Both the position numbers and the translations under genes were made by a program. Below the pieces are notes generated by a model that worked only from the letters and a program-made list of their open reading frames with translations, was not told the DNA's origin and did not search any database. This document shows, piece by piece, positions 38,291 to 48,308 of a DNA stretch of 64,000 nucleotides (positions are counted from its first letter, which is position 1; the number at the start of each line of letters is the position of its first letter). The stretch is from NCBI GenBank assembly GCA_963664395.2, contig OY761159.2, positions 736,001 through 800,000 on the forward strand, read 5' to 3'. The stretch comes from Candidatus Binatia bacterium. GTDB lineage: Bacteria > Desulfobacterota > Binatia > Bin18.

Positions 38291-38303
38291 CGGAATCGAC
38301 AGC

Positions 38304-39137
38304 TCAGTCTCTGGGCACCTCAGCATACACGCGCTGCATGGTGTCCAGATGACCCTGCGCATCCAGACCGCCCCCGAGCGTGCGTAAACATATATGGCTC
38401 AGGCCGGCCCGTCGCCACCCGGACACCCGGTCGCGCCATTCCGCCTCTCGGGGACCGACCACAGCCACGCCGGCTTCGGTGCCGATATCCTGCGGACTCC
38501 GGCCGGCCGTCTCGGCGGCGCGCAGAATATCGGCCTGTATGGCCGGGAACTCTTCCGGCGTACACAGCACAAACCAACCATCGGCCAGACATCCGACCCG
38601 ACGCCGAATGCGCGGGATGGGCACACTCTGCGCGCCTATCCAGAGCGGGATCGGCCTTTGAATCGGCAACGGATTCAGACCGGCCCCTGACACTGTGTCC
38701 CAACGTCCGTCAAAGTCTACCGTGGGTTGCGTCCAGAGTTGCTTGAGGAGGGTCATCTGCTCCTCGCAGCGAGCCCCCCGCGTCTGAAAGTCCGCACCCA
38801 GGGCGCGGTATTCCTCAGCGCTGGGACCGACGCCTATCCCGAGACGCAGACGGCCGCCGGACAGCACGTCCAACTCCGCGGCCTGCTTGGCGACCAGCAC
38901 GGTTTGGCGCGAGGGCAGAACTATAACCGAAGGCACCAACTCGATCTTCTGCGTGATGGCCGCAACATAGGCCAGCAGCGTCAGCGGCTCATGCACATAG
39001 CCGCTATCGGGCCGGAGAACCTGATCCGGGACGCGCAAATGGGTGTAGCCCAACTCGTCGGCAGTCTGGGCAAATGCCTTGATCGCTCCTAAATCTCCCT
39101 GAAGTTCTCTTACCGGCAGTGAAATCCCAATCCGCAT
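38304..39137 (-). CDS. LLM-class F420-dependent oxidoreductase
   Basis: HEPL.LL.Y.AA.T, LVAKQAAELD.LS.GRLRLG.GVG and P.PIQRPIP.WIG motifs. Confidence 0.88.
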   Translation of the reverse strand: MRIGISLPVRELQGDLGAIKAFAQTADELGYTHLRVPDQVLRPDSGYVHEPLTLLAYVAAITQKIELVPSVIVLPSRQTVLVAKQAAELDVLSGGRLRLGIGVGPSAEEYRALGADFQTRGARCEEQMTLLKQLWTQPTVDFDGRWDTVSGAGLNPLPIQRPIPLWIGAQSVPIPRIRRRVGCLADGWFVLCTPEEFPAIQADILRAAETAGRSPQDIGTEAGVAVVGPREAEWRDRVSGWRRAGLSHICLRTLGGGLDAQGHLDTMQRVYAEVPRD

Positions 39138-39161
39138 AGCTCTCTCCTACGCATTCAACAC

Positions 39162-39579
39162 TTATAGACACAATTCCGCCAGGACGCGCAGGGCTTCAAC
39201 CTGATTCGTGCCAATAATCATGGTCGTAACGGGTGACGCTTTCCAGCGTGTGAGCTGCTCGGCGATACGCTCCTTGGGGCCGACCAGGGCGACGGCATCA
39301 ACCAGCTCATCGGGCACGGCCTCTTGCGCTTCTGCCTTCCGGCCCGAGAGATACAAATCTTGTAGTGATGTCGCCAGATCCGCATACCCAAAGTTCCGTA
39401 TATAGCTATTATAGAAATTCTTGCTGCGCGCCAACAAAGGCCAGAAAAGAGACGACATCCGACCCCCAGGCCTCACCGGTCCGGACCGAGTCAAACCCGA
39501 GCCGTTCGGCTTCAAGGACCACCTCCATGGTGTGTTGCATCTTCGGGCCTGAGTATCCGGTGACTAATCCGAGTCGCAT
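39162..39579 (-). pseudogene. LLM F420-dependent oxidoreductase (Rv3520c-like) with a large internal deletion and frameshift
   Basis: N-terminus MRLGLVTGYSG...AERLGFDSV.TGEAWGSD..SFLAFVGA is joined out of frame to C-terminus ARSKNFYN...VPDELVD..ALVGPKERI at ~39425. Confidence 0.85.
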
Positions 39580-39653
39580 CGCACTCCCTCCTGTGGGTTC
39601 GGACTATAGCGTTCACCCGCCGAAGAGACAAAGGGAGACTGTGGAGAGACTAC

Positions 39654-40517
39654 TTACACCCGTACGTCTTCGACCGTGCTGCGGCGCAACTCACGCCGCT
39701 GGGAAAGATCGTAACGGCGGCCGCGATGCAGCACAGCCCGGTTGTCCCAGATCACCAAATCGCCCGGACGCCAGGTATGGCGATACACAAATTGACGTTG
39801 CGTCGCATGCTCTAAAAGATCAGCGAGTAAGAGCCGCCCTTCCGGGACGGGCCGTTCCAGAATGCGAGCGGCATGCGCCCCGATAAAGAGTGTCTTCCGC
39901 CGGGAGCCCGGATGAGTACGGACGACGGGCCATTCCACGCTCGGATACTTGGCCAGATCTTCCGGCGTGTATTGCCGGTCGCCGAGCCGGACACGCGAAT
40001 GAAAGGCGGAGTGTTCGGCTATAAGCCCCTCGATCTCAGCCGTGACCTCGTCCGGCAAAGCAGCGTAGGCCGCACGCATATCAGCGAACTCGGTTTCGCC
40101 TCCTTGTTCGGGGAGGATACAAGCCAACAAGAGCGAATACTTCGCGGATGGTTGCTTGAACGAGCTGTCGCTGTGCCAGAGCTGATTGGCAAGCATAGTA
40201 ATCAGGCGAGGATCGTCCCGCGCCAGGATTTGGCTTTCGAGATCAACGTTGGAGATGTCGATCATTCCGGCCTCTTTGAATCGACTCCGCCGCTGCAACA
40301 CCTTGAGCAGCCCCATATCAACGGGACCGAGCGCGCGGGTAAACGCCATCTGCTGGGATTCATCCAGGACTTGATCGCGGAAGACCAGAACAGCGAACTC
40401 ATCCATGGCAGCCTCTATCTCGGCTGCTAAGTCTGCATCAGTTGGTTGCCGCAGGTCCAGCCCTTGGGCTTCAGCAACGAACAGTGGATGCAATGGAGAC
40501 AAGGTTAGGGTTTGCAT
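39654..40517 (-). CDS. TauD/TfdA-family dioxygenase
   Basis: LWHSDSSF, TEFADMRAAY and DNRAVLHRG motifs. Confidence 0.9.
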   Translation of the reverse strand: MQTLTLSPLHPLFVAEAQGLDLRQPTDADLAAEIEAAMDEFAVLVFRDQVLDESQQMAFTRALGPVDMGLLKVLQRRSRFKEAGMIDISNVDLESQILARDDPRLITMLANQLWHSDSSFKQPSAKYSLLLACILPEQGGETEFADMRAAYAALPDEVTAEIEGLIAEHSAFHSRVRLGDRQYTPEDLAKYPSVEWPVVRTHPGSRRKTLFIGAHAARILERPVPEGRLLLADLLEHATQRQFVYRHTWRPGDLVIWDNRAVLHRGRRYDLSQRRELRRSTVEDVRV

Positions 40518-40625
40518 GGGATTCCCCTCCTGAAGAACACCCGGCCCTGCCTGGTGGGGTCCGGGGCCGCCTTTTGCCCGACCAGGTCGAGTATGCCCGC
40601 CCGAGATCGGTTTGAGAAGCGGTCC

Positions 40626-41483
40626 CTACTCCACGTCCGTGATGACAAAATTCTGTTTATTCTGTTGCCACTCCAGTGTGACCGTCTCGCCCAGCATGGG
40701 GAAGTCCTCGACCACACATTCCCCCTCAGCGTCCAGCACAAACTCCTGTCCCAGCGTCGTCACCCGTACCGTGGCCCGGCCTAACTCTTCGCCATCCACG
40801 AACGCCACCACCTCATGTTCCCCCTCGCCCAACAGGTTCCAGTTGAACAACAGCCCAAAGCCGTTGGCCGTGTCCCCACACGCACCTTGGGTATCCAGCC
40901 GCTCGGTGCCATACGCCGCCACCTGTCGCCCGGCGGTCCCAATCGCAAGCTCGACCGTGTCGGCGTCACACACCCAGCCCGACAGCACCCCGATGCCGCT
41001 CTGAAACGAGTTCGGCCCCGGGTTTTCCAGATAGCCCTCGCCGGGGGTGCCCATCCGGTTGGTGGGGCCGGCAGGAGCCGGACCGTCCACAATCACAAAG
41101 CTCTGTTGTGTCTGTTGCCACACCAGCGTGACCGTCTCGTCCATGGTCGGGAAATCCGCGGCGGTACACGTGCCCGTCACGTCGCGCAGAAACTCCGTCC
41201 CCAACGTCGTGACCATCACGGTCGCCCGGTCGAGTTCGACTCCATCGACCAGGGCCACCACCTCATGCTCCCCGTCGCTCAACAGATTCCAGTTGAACAG
41301 CAACCCAAAGCCGTTGTCCGTGTCGCCGCATACGCTGGCTGTGTCCAGCCGCTCCGTCCCATACGCCGCCTCCTGCGGCATCCCGTTCAACTCAATCTCC
41401 ACCACCTCCGCCTCACACACCCAGCCCGAGAGAATGCCCACACCACTTTGAAACGAATCAGCGCCGGGGTTCTCCAGATAGCC
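40626..41483 (-). repeat. Two tandem ~135-aa C-terminal domains within the giant protein
   Basis: Both copies read GYLENPG..SFQSG.G.LSGWVC.A..AAYGTERLDT...CGDT.NGFGLLFNWNLL..GEHEVVA.VDG..DFP...ETVTL.WQQ..Q.FVI (~41084-41483 and 40626-41036). Confidence 0.9.
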
Positions 41484-44400
41484 CTGCACGAAGGTGATCT
41501 CGATGGCATACGTCCCCGTCGCTCCCCCCTGCCCTTGCACGGCTACGACGACTGGGCCGGCCTGCACGCGGGCACCGAGGCGCTCGTTCTGCTGTCCCCC
41601 CGTGGAGCCGGACGCCAAGGCCACGTCGTTCTGCCAGATGCTCCCGCGGGTTTGCACGCCGCCGGTGGTGTCCACAAAGACGAGACCTTGGCCGGGGGCG
41701 GTGACGGTAAAATAATCCACGTCGGCGGCCGGACAGATGGCCCCAGCAGTCACCGCAGACAACGCACTGTCAGTGGCTTGTGCAGCGGTGTCGGCGTGCA
41801 CGTCATCCTGCATACAGGCGGGAGCACCCCCGCCACCACCACCGCCGCCGCCACCGCCACGACCAGGCGGAGGCGGCGGGGGTGGCGGCTGGTCCGAGAC
41901 CGTCCCGGTCGTGTCTCTCACGACCGGCTCCGTCTTGGCCGTCTCCTGCTTGTCGGTATAGAGTGCCGTGGCCCGCAGATAGTGGCCGAGATCGGTATCC
42001 ACTGGCGTGTAGGTCGCCGTCGTGGTCAGGCTGGTAGAGAGGCAGGTCTCAGTGGTATCCGGCGAGGAGGGAAAGTCTCGGAAGGGAGACCGCGCCCAGC
42101 ACCACCGGGTAACTTCCTTCACCCCGTCCACCTGGTCGCTCACCGTCGCGGTCAGCGATGACCCGACTCGGGGCCGCGACGAGGACAGCCTCACCTCGCC
42201 CAGGGCATCCCGCACCGTGACGGTGACAGTTCGTTCACCTGTGAGGGTCTCGCCGGGAATACTCGTTGTGTCGGCGGCTTGCACCGTCACCTGATAGTCC
42301 TTGTCCGCCCTCGCCTCGTAGTCCGGTGAGTTCCGGAAGTGTAGCGCCACCCTGGTCCGGTCGATCCGGTCAATCCGGAACAGGGTGGCATCCGGCCCGG
42401 CCAGCAACCACTCCAGCTGGACATCGGCCGGATTCGTCGCCGTGTACTCGGCCACCGGCCTCGTGTCGCCCTCCGTGTAATCTTTTTGAGTATCACCACT
42501 CACCTCGGGTGGGTCGTCATCGGTGATGGTCAGCTGCACCTGCGCGGGGCTCCGGCTACCCGAAAGGTTGATCACCCGTCCACTCACCGTCACCGGCTGG
42601 TGCGCCCCGTCCACCGCGTTCCCCACTGCGGTCAGCGTCACCGTCCCGCTCGGTTCCTCTGCCGGGATCGTCAGCTCCCGCTGGCTGAGCCTGACCGCTG
42701 CCGCCCCCACCGGCACTGTCAGCCCGACCACCGTCTCGCTGCTCGACGGATGACTCAGCGTCACTGTCACGGTGGCCTCCCCGCCATCCTCAAGGATCGG
42801 GATCGAAGCATTCAACACATCCAGTCGCGTTACCGTCGGCGGACCGTCGGTGTCCGTGATGGTCAGCGTCGCCGGGGTCACCGTCAGACCCGTCACCTCG
42901 CCGCGCACCGTCACCGTCTCGGCCGGCTCATATATGTTGTCGCCCTTCGTCGTCAGGGTGAAGTCCGCCGTCCCGCTCTTCGCCCCCGCCGGGATCGTCA
43001 GCTCGGTGATGTTCGCCACCGTAAAGTCCGTATCCAGCGTGGCCGTATCCGCCGTGACCGTCACGGTCACCACAACGTCATTCTGATCACTATTCGGGTC
43101 CGGCGAGGGTTGAAACGGCGCCCCATTGAGCGTGCCGGTCACCCCCACGACCGTCCCACTACTGCTCTCTCGCACCGTCTTCGGACTCACACTCAGGGTC
43201 ACGGCCGTGGACGGACTCTCGTCATCGGTCACGGTCACGGCTACCGTCGCCGTCTCCCCATCGTAATCCCCCCCGCGTGCCGTGTGGGTCAGGGTCACGC
43301 GGTCATCCGCGTCGTCCGCGTCGTCCGCCGTGCTGACCGTCACCTTCTGCGTCGTGTTCCAGTTGGTCGGTGTGAACGTCAGGGTGGCCGAGGACGGGGT
43401 CAGGGTCACGTCCGTGCCCGCGTGCCCGGTGACCGTCAGCGTCACATTCGCCGTCGGCTCTGAGTTTAATTTTACCTCGTATTCGTCCGTGTCCTCCTCC
43501 CGGATTGACAGCGTGGCCTCACTCACCCTCACCCCGCGTTCATCGTCGTCCGTGATCGTCAGTGTGACCGGGTCTGGGGCTATCATTAGGGTATTGGTCG
43601 TCGTCCCCGTCACCGTCACTTCTTTGGTCTCCGGTCCGTCCACCTTGTTGTCCTTGGCCGTCAGCGTTACCTCGTTGCTCTCTGTGCCTCCCGGCGGGAT
43701 CGTCAGCGTGGTTCCGCTCAGCGTGTAGTGCGCCGGCATCTCTGTGAGCCGTACCTCTACTGTCCCGACACCGGCCCCACCCTGCAGTGCGGCCGTCACC
43801 TGAAGCGTCTCGCCCTCACTGATCGAATGATCCGTATCCGACAGCCGCAGCGTCACCTTTGGCGCCGCCCGCACCACGGCGGTCGTGGTCGCCGACGCCT
43901 CCTTCTCCATATCGTGGCCGTCGGTGTAGGAGGCGGTCGCCCGTAAATACTGCCCCACGTCGTCTGTCTCCGGCGTGTAGCGCGCCGTCGCTGCGCCGCT
44001 GGACGCCGCCTCAGTGATCTCGGTCCCGAGATCGGTGCGGGTGGCGGACCGGAACCACTGCCAGGAAATCTCGCTCAGGTGCCCATCGGGATCGCTCAGC
44101 GTAGCCGTCAGTGCCTGTTTTTCCTGCGGTGTGCTCGACGGCAGCAGCTCGACCATGCCCGCTTCGTCCACGTTGACGACATCGATCATTACGCGGAGGG
44201 TGGCGTCCGCCGTGGAGTCTTCTACGCCAGCGGCATTCTTGCCGTCACTGACCGACACCTCCACCTGATAGGAATGAGGCTGGCTCTCGTAGTCCAGGGC
44301 CTTCCGGAGTATCAATTCCCCGGTTCCAGGCTCAAGGAAGAACACCTCAGACCCGCGCAGGCTGTAGGTCAGGCCGGAGTAGTCCGGCGTCAGGGTGTCC

Positions 44401-47400
44401 GGGTCCGTGGCGGAAAAGTCGCCGAGGACCCGACCCGTCGGGGTGTCCTCGTCCACGTTGAGGCTGACCGGCCCGGTCACAGAGAACATCGGCGGCTCGT
44501 TCACGTCGGTGACGGTGATGGTCACGTCGATGGTGGCGTCGGCGTCCTCATCCATGTCATCCGCGTTGTTCACGTTCTTGCCGTCCCGGACCGACACGGT
44601 GACGTTGTAGGTGCTCCGGTCTTCGTAGTTCAGCGCGGTATTCGTCCGTAACTGGCCGGTGCTTTCGGTGATGGTAAAGACGGCCGCACTCGCGGCGTCC
44701 AGGCTGTAGTACAAGGTGCGGTCGTCGGGGTCGGGGGCCGTCACCGGGTTGCCGATGTTCCCCGTCTTGTTCTCCGCGATGGTACGCGTGGTCCTGGCGT
44801 CGTCGAACGCCGGCGGCTGGTTGGGCGCGGTCACCGTCACCAGCTCGCTACGCGTCGCTTCGCCACCGTCAACCACCGCTGCCACTTGATAGGTGTATCT
44901 GATGCTGCGGGTCACGGCGCGGTCGGTGTACTCACGGTCGGGGGGGTCTTCCGCAATGGCCTCCACGGTTGAGCCGGTGTTGCGGTAGACGGTGTAGGTC
45001 ACGTCCGGCGGGGGCGTCCAATGGGGCGTCACTGCCGGCCAACTCAGCTCGACGAGGCCCGTATCGGTCGCCACCGTCAGGGTCGGCCCGACTCTGAGCT
45101 GAGAGCCGAACTCCTGCCAGGTCGCCGCCCCTTGGCCGTCGAAGTCCGCCTTCAGCACCGGATACTGGCTGCTCATGCCGAAGTCCCAGGGATCATTGCC
45201 CATTGGATCGCCGTCCGGGTCCACGTTCCAGTCCGCATAAATGCTGCCGGTGGTATAGTCGGTGGGGGTTTGTAACTCCCTGGTAATCTTCGCGGTCCCC
45301 CCGGCGCTACTCGTCTGGCCCGAGGTGCGCGTGTCCCAGTAGCTGGCGGTGAACGTCGTGCTAGCCAGGTTTTCCCCGACCAAGCCTCCAAAAGCACTCC
45401 CTCTGCTTGATACTCGCCTTGATACTCGCCCCGTGGCGTAACTGGCGCGAATCGTGCCGCCAGCGAGGGACCCAAGCAGCCCCCCGGCATGGTTGTTGCC
45501 CGACACGTGTCCAGTAGCGTAGCTGGCCGTGATGTCGCCGTTCTCACCCATACGGCCGACCAGCCCGCCAATCCCGCTCGTTCCCGACACTCGCCCAGTG
45601 GCATAGCTGGTGTATATGCCACCGTTGTTCAAGCCGACTAGCCCTCCGGCATGGAAGCCACCTATGACCCGTCCCGTGGTGTAACTGGCGTGAATCTTGC
45701 CTCCGATGCCGTTGCCACCGATCAAACCCCCGACCCAGGCGGCTCCTTCTACCCGCCCGGTCGCATAGCTCCCTGTGATATCGCTATCGCTCAACCCGAC
45801 CAGCCCGCCGACATAGCGAGCCCCCGTCACTCTGATATCAAGCAGCCCGACGCGGCTGATGGCACTGGACACGCCCGCAAGGCCGAACAGGCCCACCTTG
45901 TTGGTGCTGCTCCGATCAACGAACAGATTGCTGATGGTGTAGCCGTTGCCCTCGAAGGTCGTTTCGAACCAGTTTGATCCAGCCCCGATGGGCATCCAGC
46001 CGGCCCCGGCGTTCCAGTAGGTCGTGTTATCTTCCGCATCGACCCGCCCGTCTCCGTTGGTATCGTCGTTCGTATCGACCTGACCGTCCCCGTTGGTCCC
46101 GTTGGTATCGAAGAAGTCCAGGTCCGCCATCAGCTCATACCCCTCGCACTCCCCGTTGCTACGAGCGCCGCACACCACCCGCGTCACATTGCGAAACACG
46201 GCGGCATACGCCGGCGCCCCGTCGGTTGTCGGACGGCCATCGCCGTTCAGGTCGTGCCGCATCGCATCGAGCTGCGCCAGGGTCGAAATCTCAATCAGCC
46301 CGTCATCGTCCGTGTCGTAGATCGGCATTGGGGTATTGTTCGTCAGGGTCCGGCTGGAGAGGTCGGCGGCTGCGTTACCAGCCACGTCCTGAAGCGGCGG
46401 GGTCCCTGATAGTGGTGAGTAGGCCAGGGTAACGACCAGATCGTGGGTGATATTGGAGACCAGTGTCAGTGTCACCACCGACCCGGACACCTGGACGAAG
46501 GTAATCAACGCCGTCGCGCCACCTGCCGTCACCGTGAACGCGTTCGCCCGCGGAATCGAGGTCTCGTCCAGTGCCTTGTCATACGTCAGCGTCACGGTGT
46601 CGGCGTCCACGACCGCGCCCGACATGGCCAGCAACTCCGGCGTGTCGCCATCCACGGTGTGGCCGCTGTTGGCTGCCACGGCAGCATGGGTAAAGTCCGT
46701 GGCGGGTCGGTTATCGGCGTCCTGGATCGTCCCGCCGTTCGGATTCAGGCTGTTCGCGGCGATGCTGACCCCGTCGGTGTCACTCTCGTCAGCCACCACG
46801 GTGTAGGTGCACGTCAGTACCTCGCTCGCGACGGTTTGACAAAGCGCCTGCCGCGTGTTCGCACCGACCATCAGCTCGATGCTGGGCGTGCCAGTCACCA
46901 TTATGGGCTTGGTGAAAACCACCGCTACCTTGATCTCCTCGCCTGCCGCATAGGCCACCCCTGGGTCCGAGATGATCGCCACCGTGCTGACGCTCGGTAC
47001 GCTCGCACGGTGTAAGTCTGCGTCGTTGGCGGTCAGGGTCACCGTGGCCGTGGCCTGACTGCCCACCGTCACCCCTGCGGGCAGCGGTGCGCCAAAACCC
47101 AGGATCACCGTCTCTTCGCCCTCTTGGCGGGTGTCCTGCACGGCCCTGAAGGTGAAGGTTTTTGAGGTCTGACCCGCCCCAAATGTTATGCTCGCCGGGA
47201 GGGTATAGTCGCCGGGCCAGGCGCCGTCCGTACTCGTCGCGGTGAGTGGAATGGGCATGTCGAGAGTGCGACCCGGTGCGGCATCCAGCCGCACCGTGAC
47301 CGTCACCGACCCGCCTTCGTTCACCATGTATGGCCCTACATCGAAGGCCACCTGCACGGCCCGGCCCTGCCGAAAGTTCGCCACGGTCGTGCGGGTTTCG

Positions 47401-48308
47401 TTGAGGGTCCGCGCCGCGTCGGCTGGCCCGTCCACATCGGTTGTGTTCTGGGTGCCGGACTTGCCCATGGGATCGCCGGTAGTGGGATCGGGATAGCGTT
47501 GGTTCGGATTCGAGAAACGGAGCAGGGCCGTGCCGCAGGGCGACAAGCCAGCATCGTTGCACTGATTAAAGTACGCCATAACCGTGCGCCAGCGTGCGGT
47601 CGCCGGCGCATCCGGATCGGCCGTTGTGGACCCCTCCGGGTCAAACATCTTCTGGTTTACATAGCCATACGCGTAGGGCTTCACCGTAGTGGGACATTGA
47701 GGACTGTCGGTATCGTGCTTGCAGTTTGCATACCGGTCGTGGGCAAGCCCCATGATGTGGCCCATTTCATGGGCAAAAAGGCCGGCGTGGACGGTAGAAA
47801 CGCCGAAGGCGCCGACGGCGAAGTCCGCCGACAGCACCGTCATCCTGAACGCTTGCCCACCGCCCTCCGAACGGAGGAGCATGACGATGTCCGCCCCGAC
47901 TCGGTCACGGAAGGTGTGGACGTCGTCCATATAGCCGTCCGACGGTTTCCTGAGACGATCAAGGTCTATATTCTTCCCGGTCCTATTTGCCGTGGCCGTC
48001 GCCTGGATGTATCCCTCCACCTCCTCCACGGCCACCAGTTTAATGGTCTGATTCACATCGCTGTTCGTGTAGGCCAGGTTGGTCTCCGTGACCAGGGCTT
48101 CGATCGCGGCCTCGGCCTGCTGTTTGCTGGTCCAGCCGTTGGCGGTTTTGGCCTGGGGCGTGTAGAAGACGGCCACGTCAATCACCGAGGGGTCGGTCGC
48201 CGACTGCGCGTGTACGCTCCCCCCAAACAAAAAGGGCAAAAGCGCCAGTACGGAGAGCAGCAAGCGCCGGATGGGTGGAGAGAGACTCCAGGACTCTGGC
48301 GGAGACAT
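40626..48308 (-). CDS. ~2560-aa secreted reprolysin (M12B)-like zinc metalloprotease-adhesin with Calx-beta, SwmB-like, GLUG, FN3, cadherin, PPC-like and duplicated C-terminal domains
   Basis: Signal peptide ending VHA|Q. Catalytic domain starts directly at VIDVAVFYT, with HEMGHIMGLAH and Met-turn TVMAY. Cadherin LNYE/LDYE and DVNEPP motifs, repeated GGLVG, and a poly-P/poly-G linker. Confidence 0.85.
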   Translation of the reverse strand: MSPPESWSLSPPIRRLLLSVLALLPFLFGGSVHAQSATDPSVIDVAVFYTPQAKTANGWTSKQQAEAAIEALVTETNLAYTNSDVNQTIKLVAVEEVEGYIQATATANRTGKNIDLDRLRKPSDGYMDDVHTFRDRVGADIVMLLRSEGGGQAFRMTVLSADFAVGAFGVSTVHAGLFAHEMGHIMGLAHDRYANCKHDTDSPQCPTTVKPYAYGYVNQKMFDPEGSTTADPDAPATARWRTVMAYFNQCNDAGLSPCGTALLRFSNPNQRYPDPTTGDPMGKSGTQNTTDVDGPADAARTLNETRTTVANFRQGRAVQVAFDVGPYMVNEGGSVTVTVRLDAAPGRTLDMPIPLTATSTDGAWPGDYTLPASITFGAGQTSKTFTFRAVQDTRQEGEETVILGFGAPLPAGVTVGSQATATVTLTANDADLHRASVPSVSTVAIISDPGVAYAAGEEIKVAVVFTKPIMVTGTPSIELMVGANTRQALCQTVASEVLTCTYTVVADESDTDGVSIAANSLNPNGGTIQDADNRPATDFTHAAVAANSGHTVDGDTPELLAMSGAVVDADTVTLTYDKALDETSIPRANAFTVTAGGATALITFVQVSGSVVTLTLVSNITHDLVVTLAYSPLSGTPPLQDVAGNAAADLSSRTLTNNTPMPIYDTDDDGLIEISTLAQLDAMRHDLNGDGRPTTDGAPAYAAVFRNVTRVVCGARSNGECEGYELMADLDFFDTNGTNGDGQVDTNDDTNGDGRVDAEDNTTYWNAGAGWMPIGAGSNWFETTFEGNGYTISNLFVDRSSTNKVGLFGLAGVSSAISRVGLLDIRVTGARYVGGLVGLSDSDITGSYATGRVEGAAWVGGLIGGNGIGGKIHASYTTGRVIGGFHAGGLVGLNNGGIYTSYATGRVSGTSGIGGLVGRMGENGDITASYATGHVSGNNHAGGLLGSLAGGTIRASYATGRVSRRVSSRGSAFGGLVGENLASTTFTASYWDTRTSGQTSSAGGTAKITRELQTPTDYTTGSIYADWNVDPDGDPMGNDPWDFGMSSQYPVLKADFDGQGAATWQEFGSQLRVGPTLTVATDTGLVELSWPAVTPHWTPPPDVTYTVYRNTGSTVEAIAEDPPDREYTDRAVTRSIRYTYQVAAVVDGGEATRSELVTVTAPNQPPAFDDARTTRTIAENKTGNIGNPVTAPDPDDRTLYYSLDAASAAVFTITESTGQLRTNTALNYEDRSTYNVTVSVRDGKNVNNADDMDEDADATIDVTITVTDVNEPPMFSVTGPVSLNVDEDTPTGRVLGDFSATDPDTLTPDYSGLTYSLRGSEVFFLEPGTGELILRKALDYESQPHSYQVEVSVSDGKNAAGVEDSTADATLRVMIDVVNVDEAGMVELLPSSTPQEKQALTATLSDPDGHLSEISWQWFRSATRTDLGTEITEAASSGAATARYTPETDDVGQYLRATASYTDGHDMEKEASATTTAVVRAAPKVTLRLSDTDHSISEGETLQVTAALQGGAGVGTVEVRLTEMPAHYTLSGTTLTIPPGGTESNEVTLTAKDNKVDGPETKEVTVTGTTTNTLMIAPDPVTLTITDDDERGVRVSEATLSIREEDTDEYEVKLNSEPTANVTLTVTGHAGTDVTLTPSSATLTFTPTNWNTTQKVTVSTADDADDADDRVTLTHTARGGDYDGETATVAVTVTDDESPSTAVTLSVSPKTVRESSSGTVVGVTGTLNGAPFQPSPDPNSDQNDVVVTVTVTADTATLDTDFTVANITELTIPAGAKSGTADFTLTTKGDNIYEPAETVTVRGEVTGLTVTPATLTITDTDGPPTVTRLDVLNASIPILEDGGEATVTVTLSHPSSSETVVGLTVPVGAAAVRLSQRELTIPAEEPSGTVTLTAVGNAVDGAHQPVTVSGRVINLSGSRSPAQVQLTITDDDPPEVSGDTQKDYTEGDTRPVAEYTATNPADVQLEWLLAGPDATLFRIDRIDRTRVALHFRNSPDYEARADKDYQVTVQAADTTSIPGETLTGERTVTVTVRDALGEVRLSSSRPRVGSSLTATVSDQVDGVKEVTRWCWARSPFRDFPSSPDTTETCLSTSLTTTATYTPVDTDLGHYLRATALYTDKQETAKTEPVVRDTTGTVSDQPPPPPPPPGRGGGGGGGGGGGAPACMQDDVHADTAAQATDSALSAVTAGAICPAADVDYFTVTAPGQGLVFVDTTGGVQTRGSIWQNDVALASGSTGGQQNERLGARVQAGPVVVAVQGQGGATGTYAIEITFVQGYLENPGADSFQSGVGILSGWVCEAEVVEIELNGMPQEAAYGTERLDTASVCGDTDNGFGLLFNWNLLSDGEHEVVALVDGVELDRATVMVTTLGTEFLRDVTGTCTAADFPTMDETVTLVWQQTQQSFVIVDGPAPAGPTNRMGTPGEGYLENPGPNSFQSGIGVLSGWVCDADTVELAIGTAGRQVAAYGTERLDTQGACGDTANGFGLLFNWNLLGEGEHEVVAFVDGEELGRATVRVTTLGQEFVLDAEGECVVEDFPMLGETVTLEWQQNKQNFVITDVE

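Noticed and set aside
36962-38362. 466-aa minus-strand ORF and similar long antisense ORFs (8212-9198, 40815-42161, 49063-50163, 53974-55104)
   Set aside because: Shadow frames opposite well-supported genes in GC-rich DNA, with no protein motifs.
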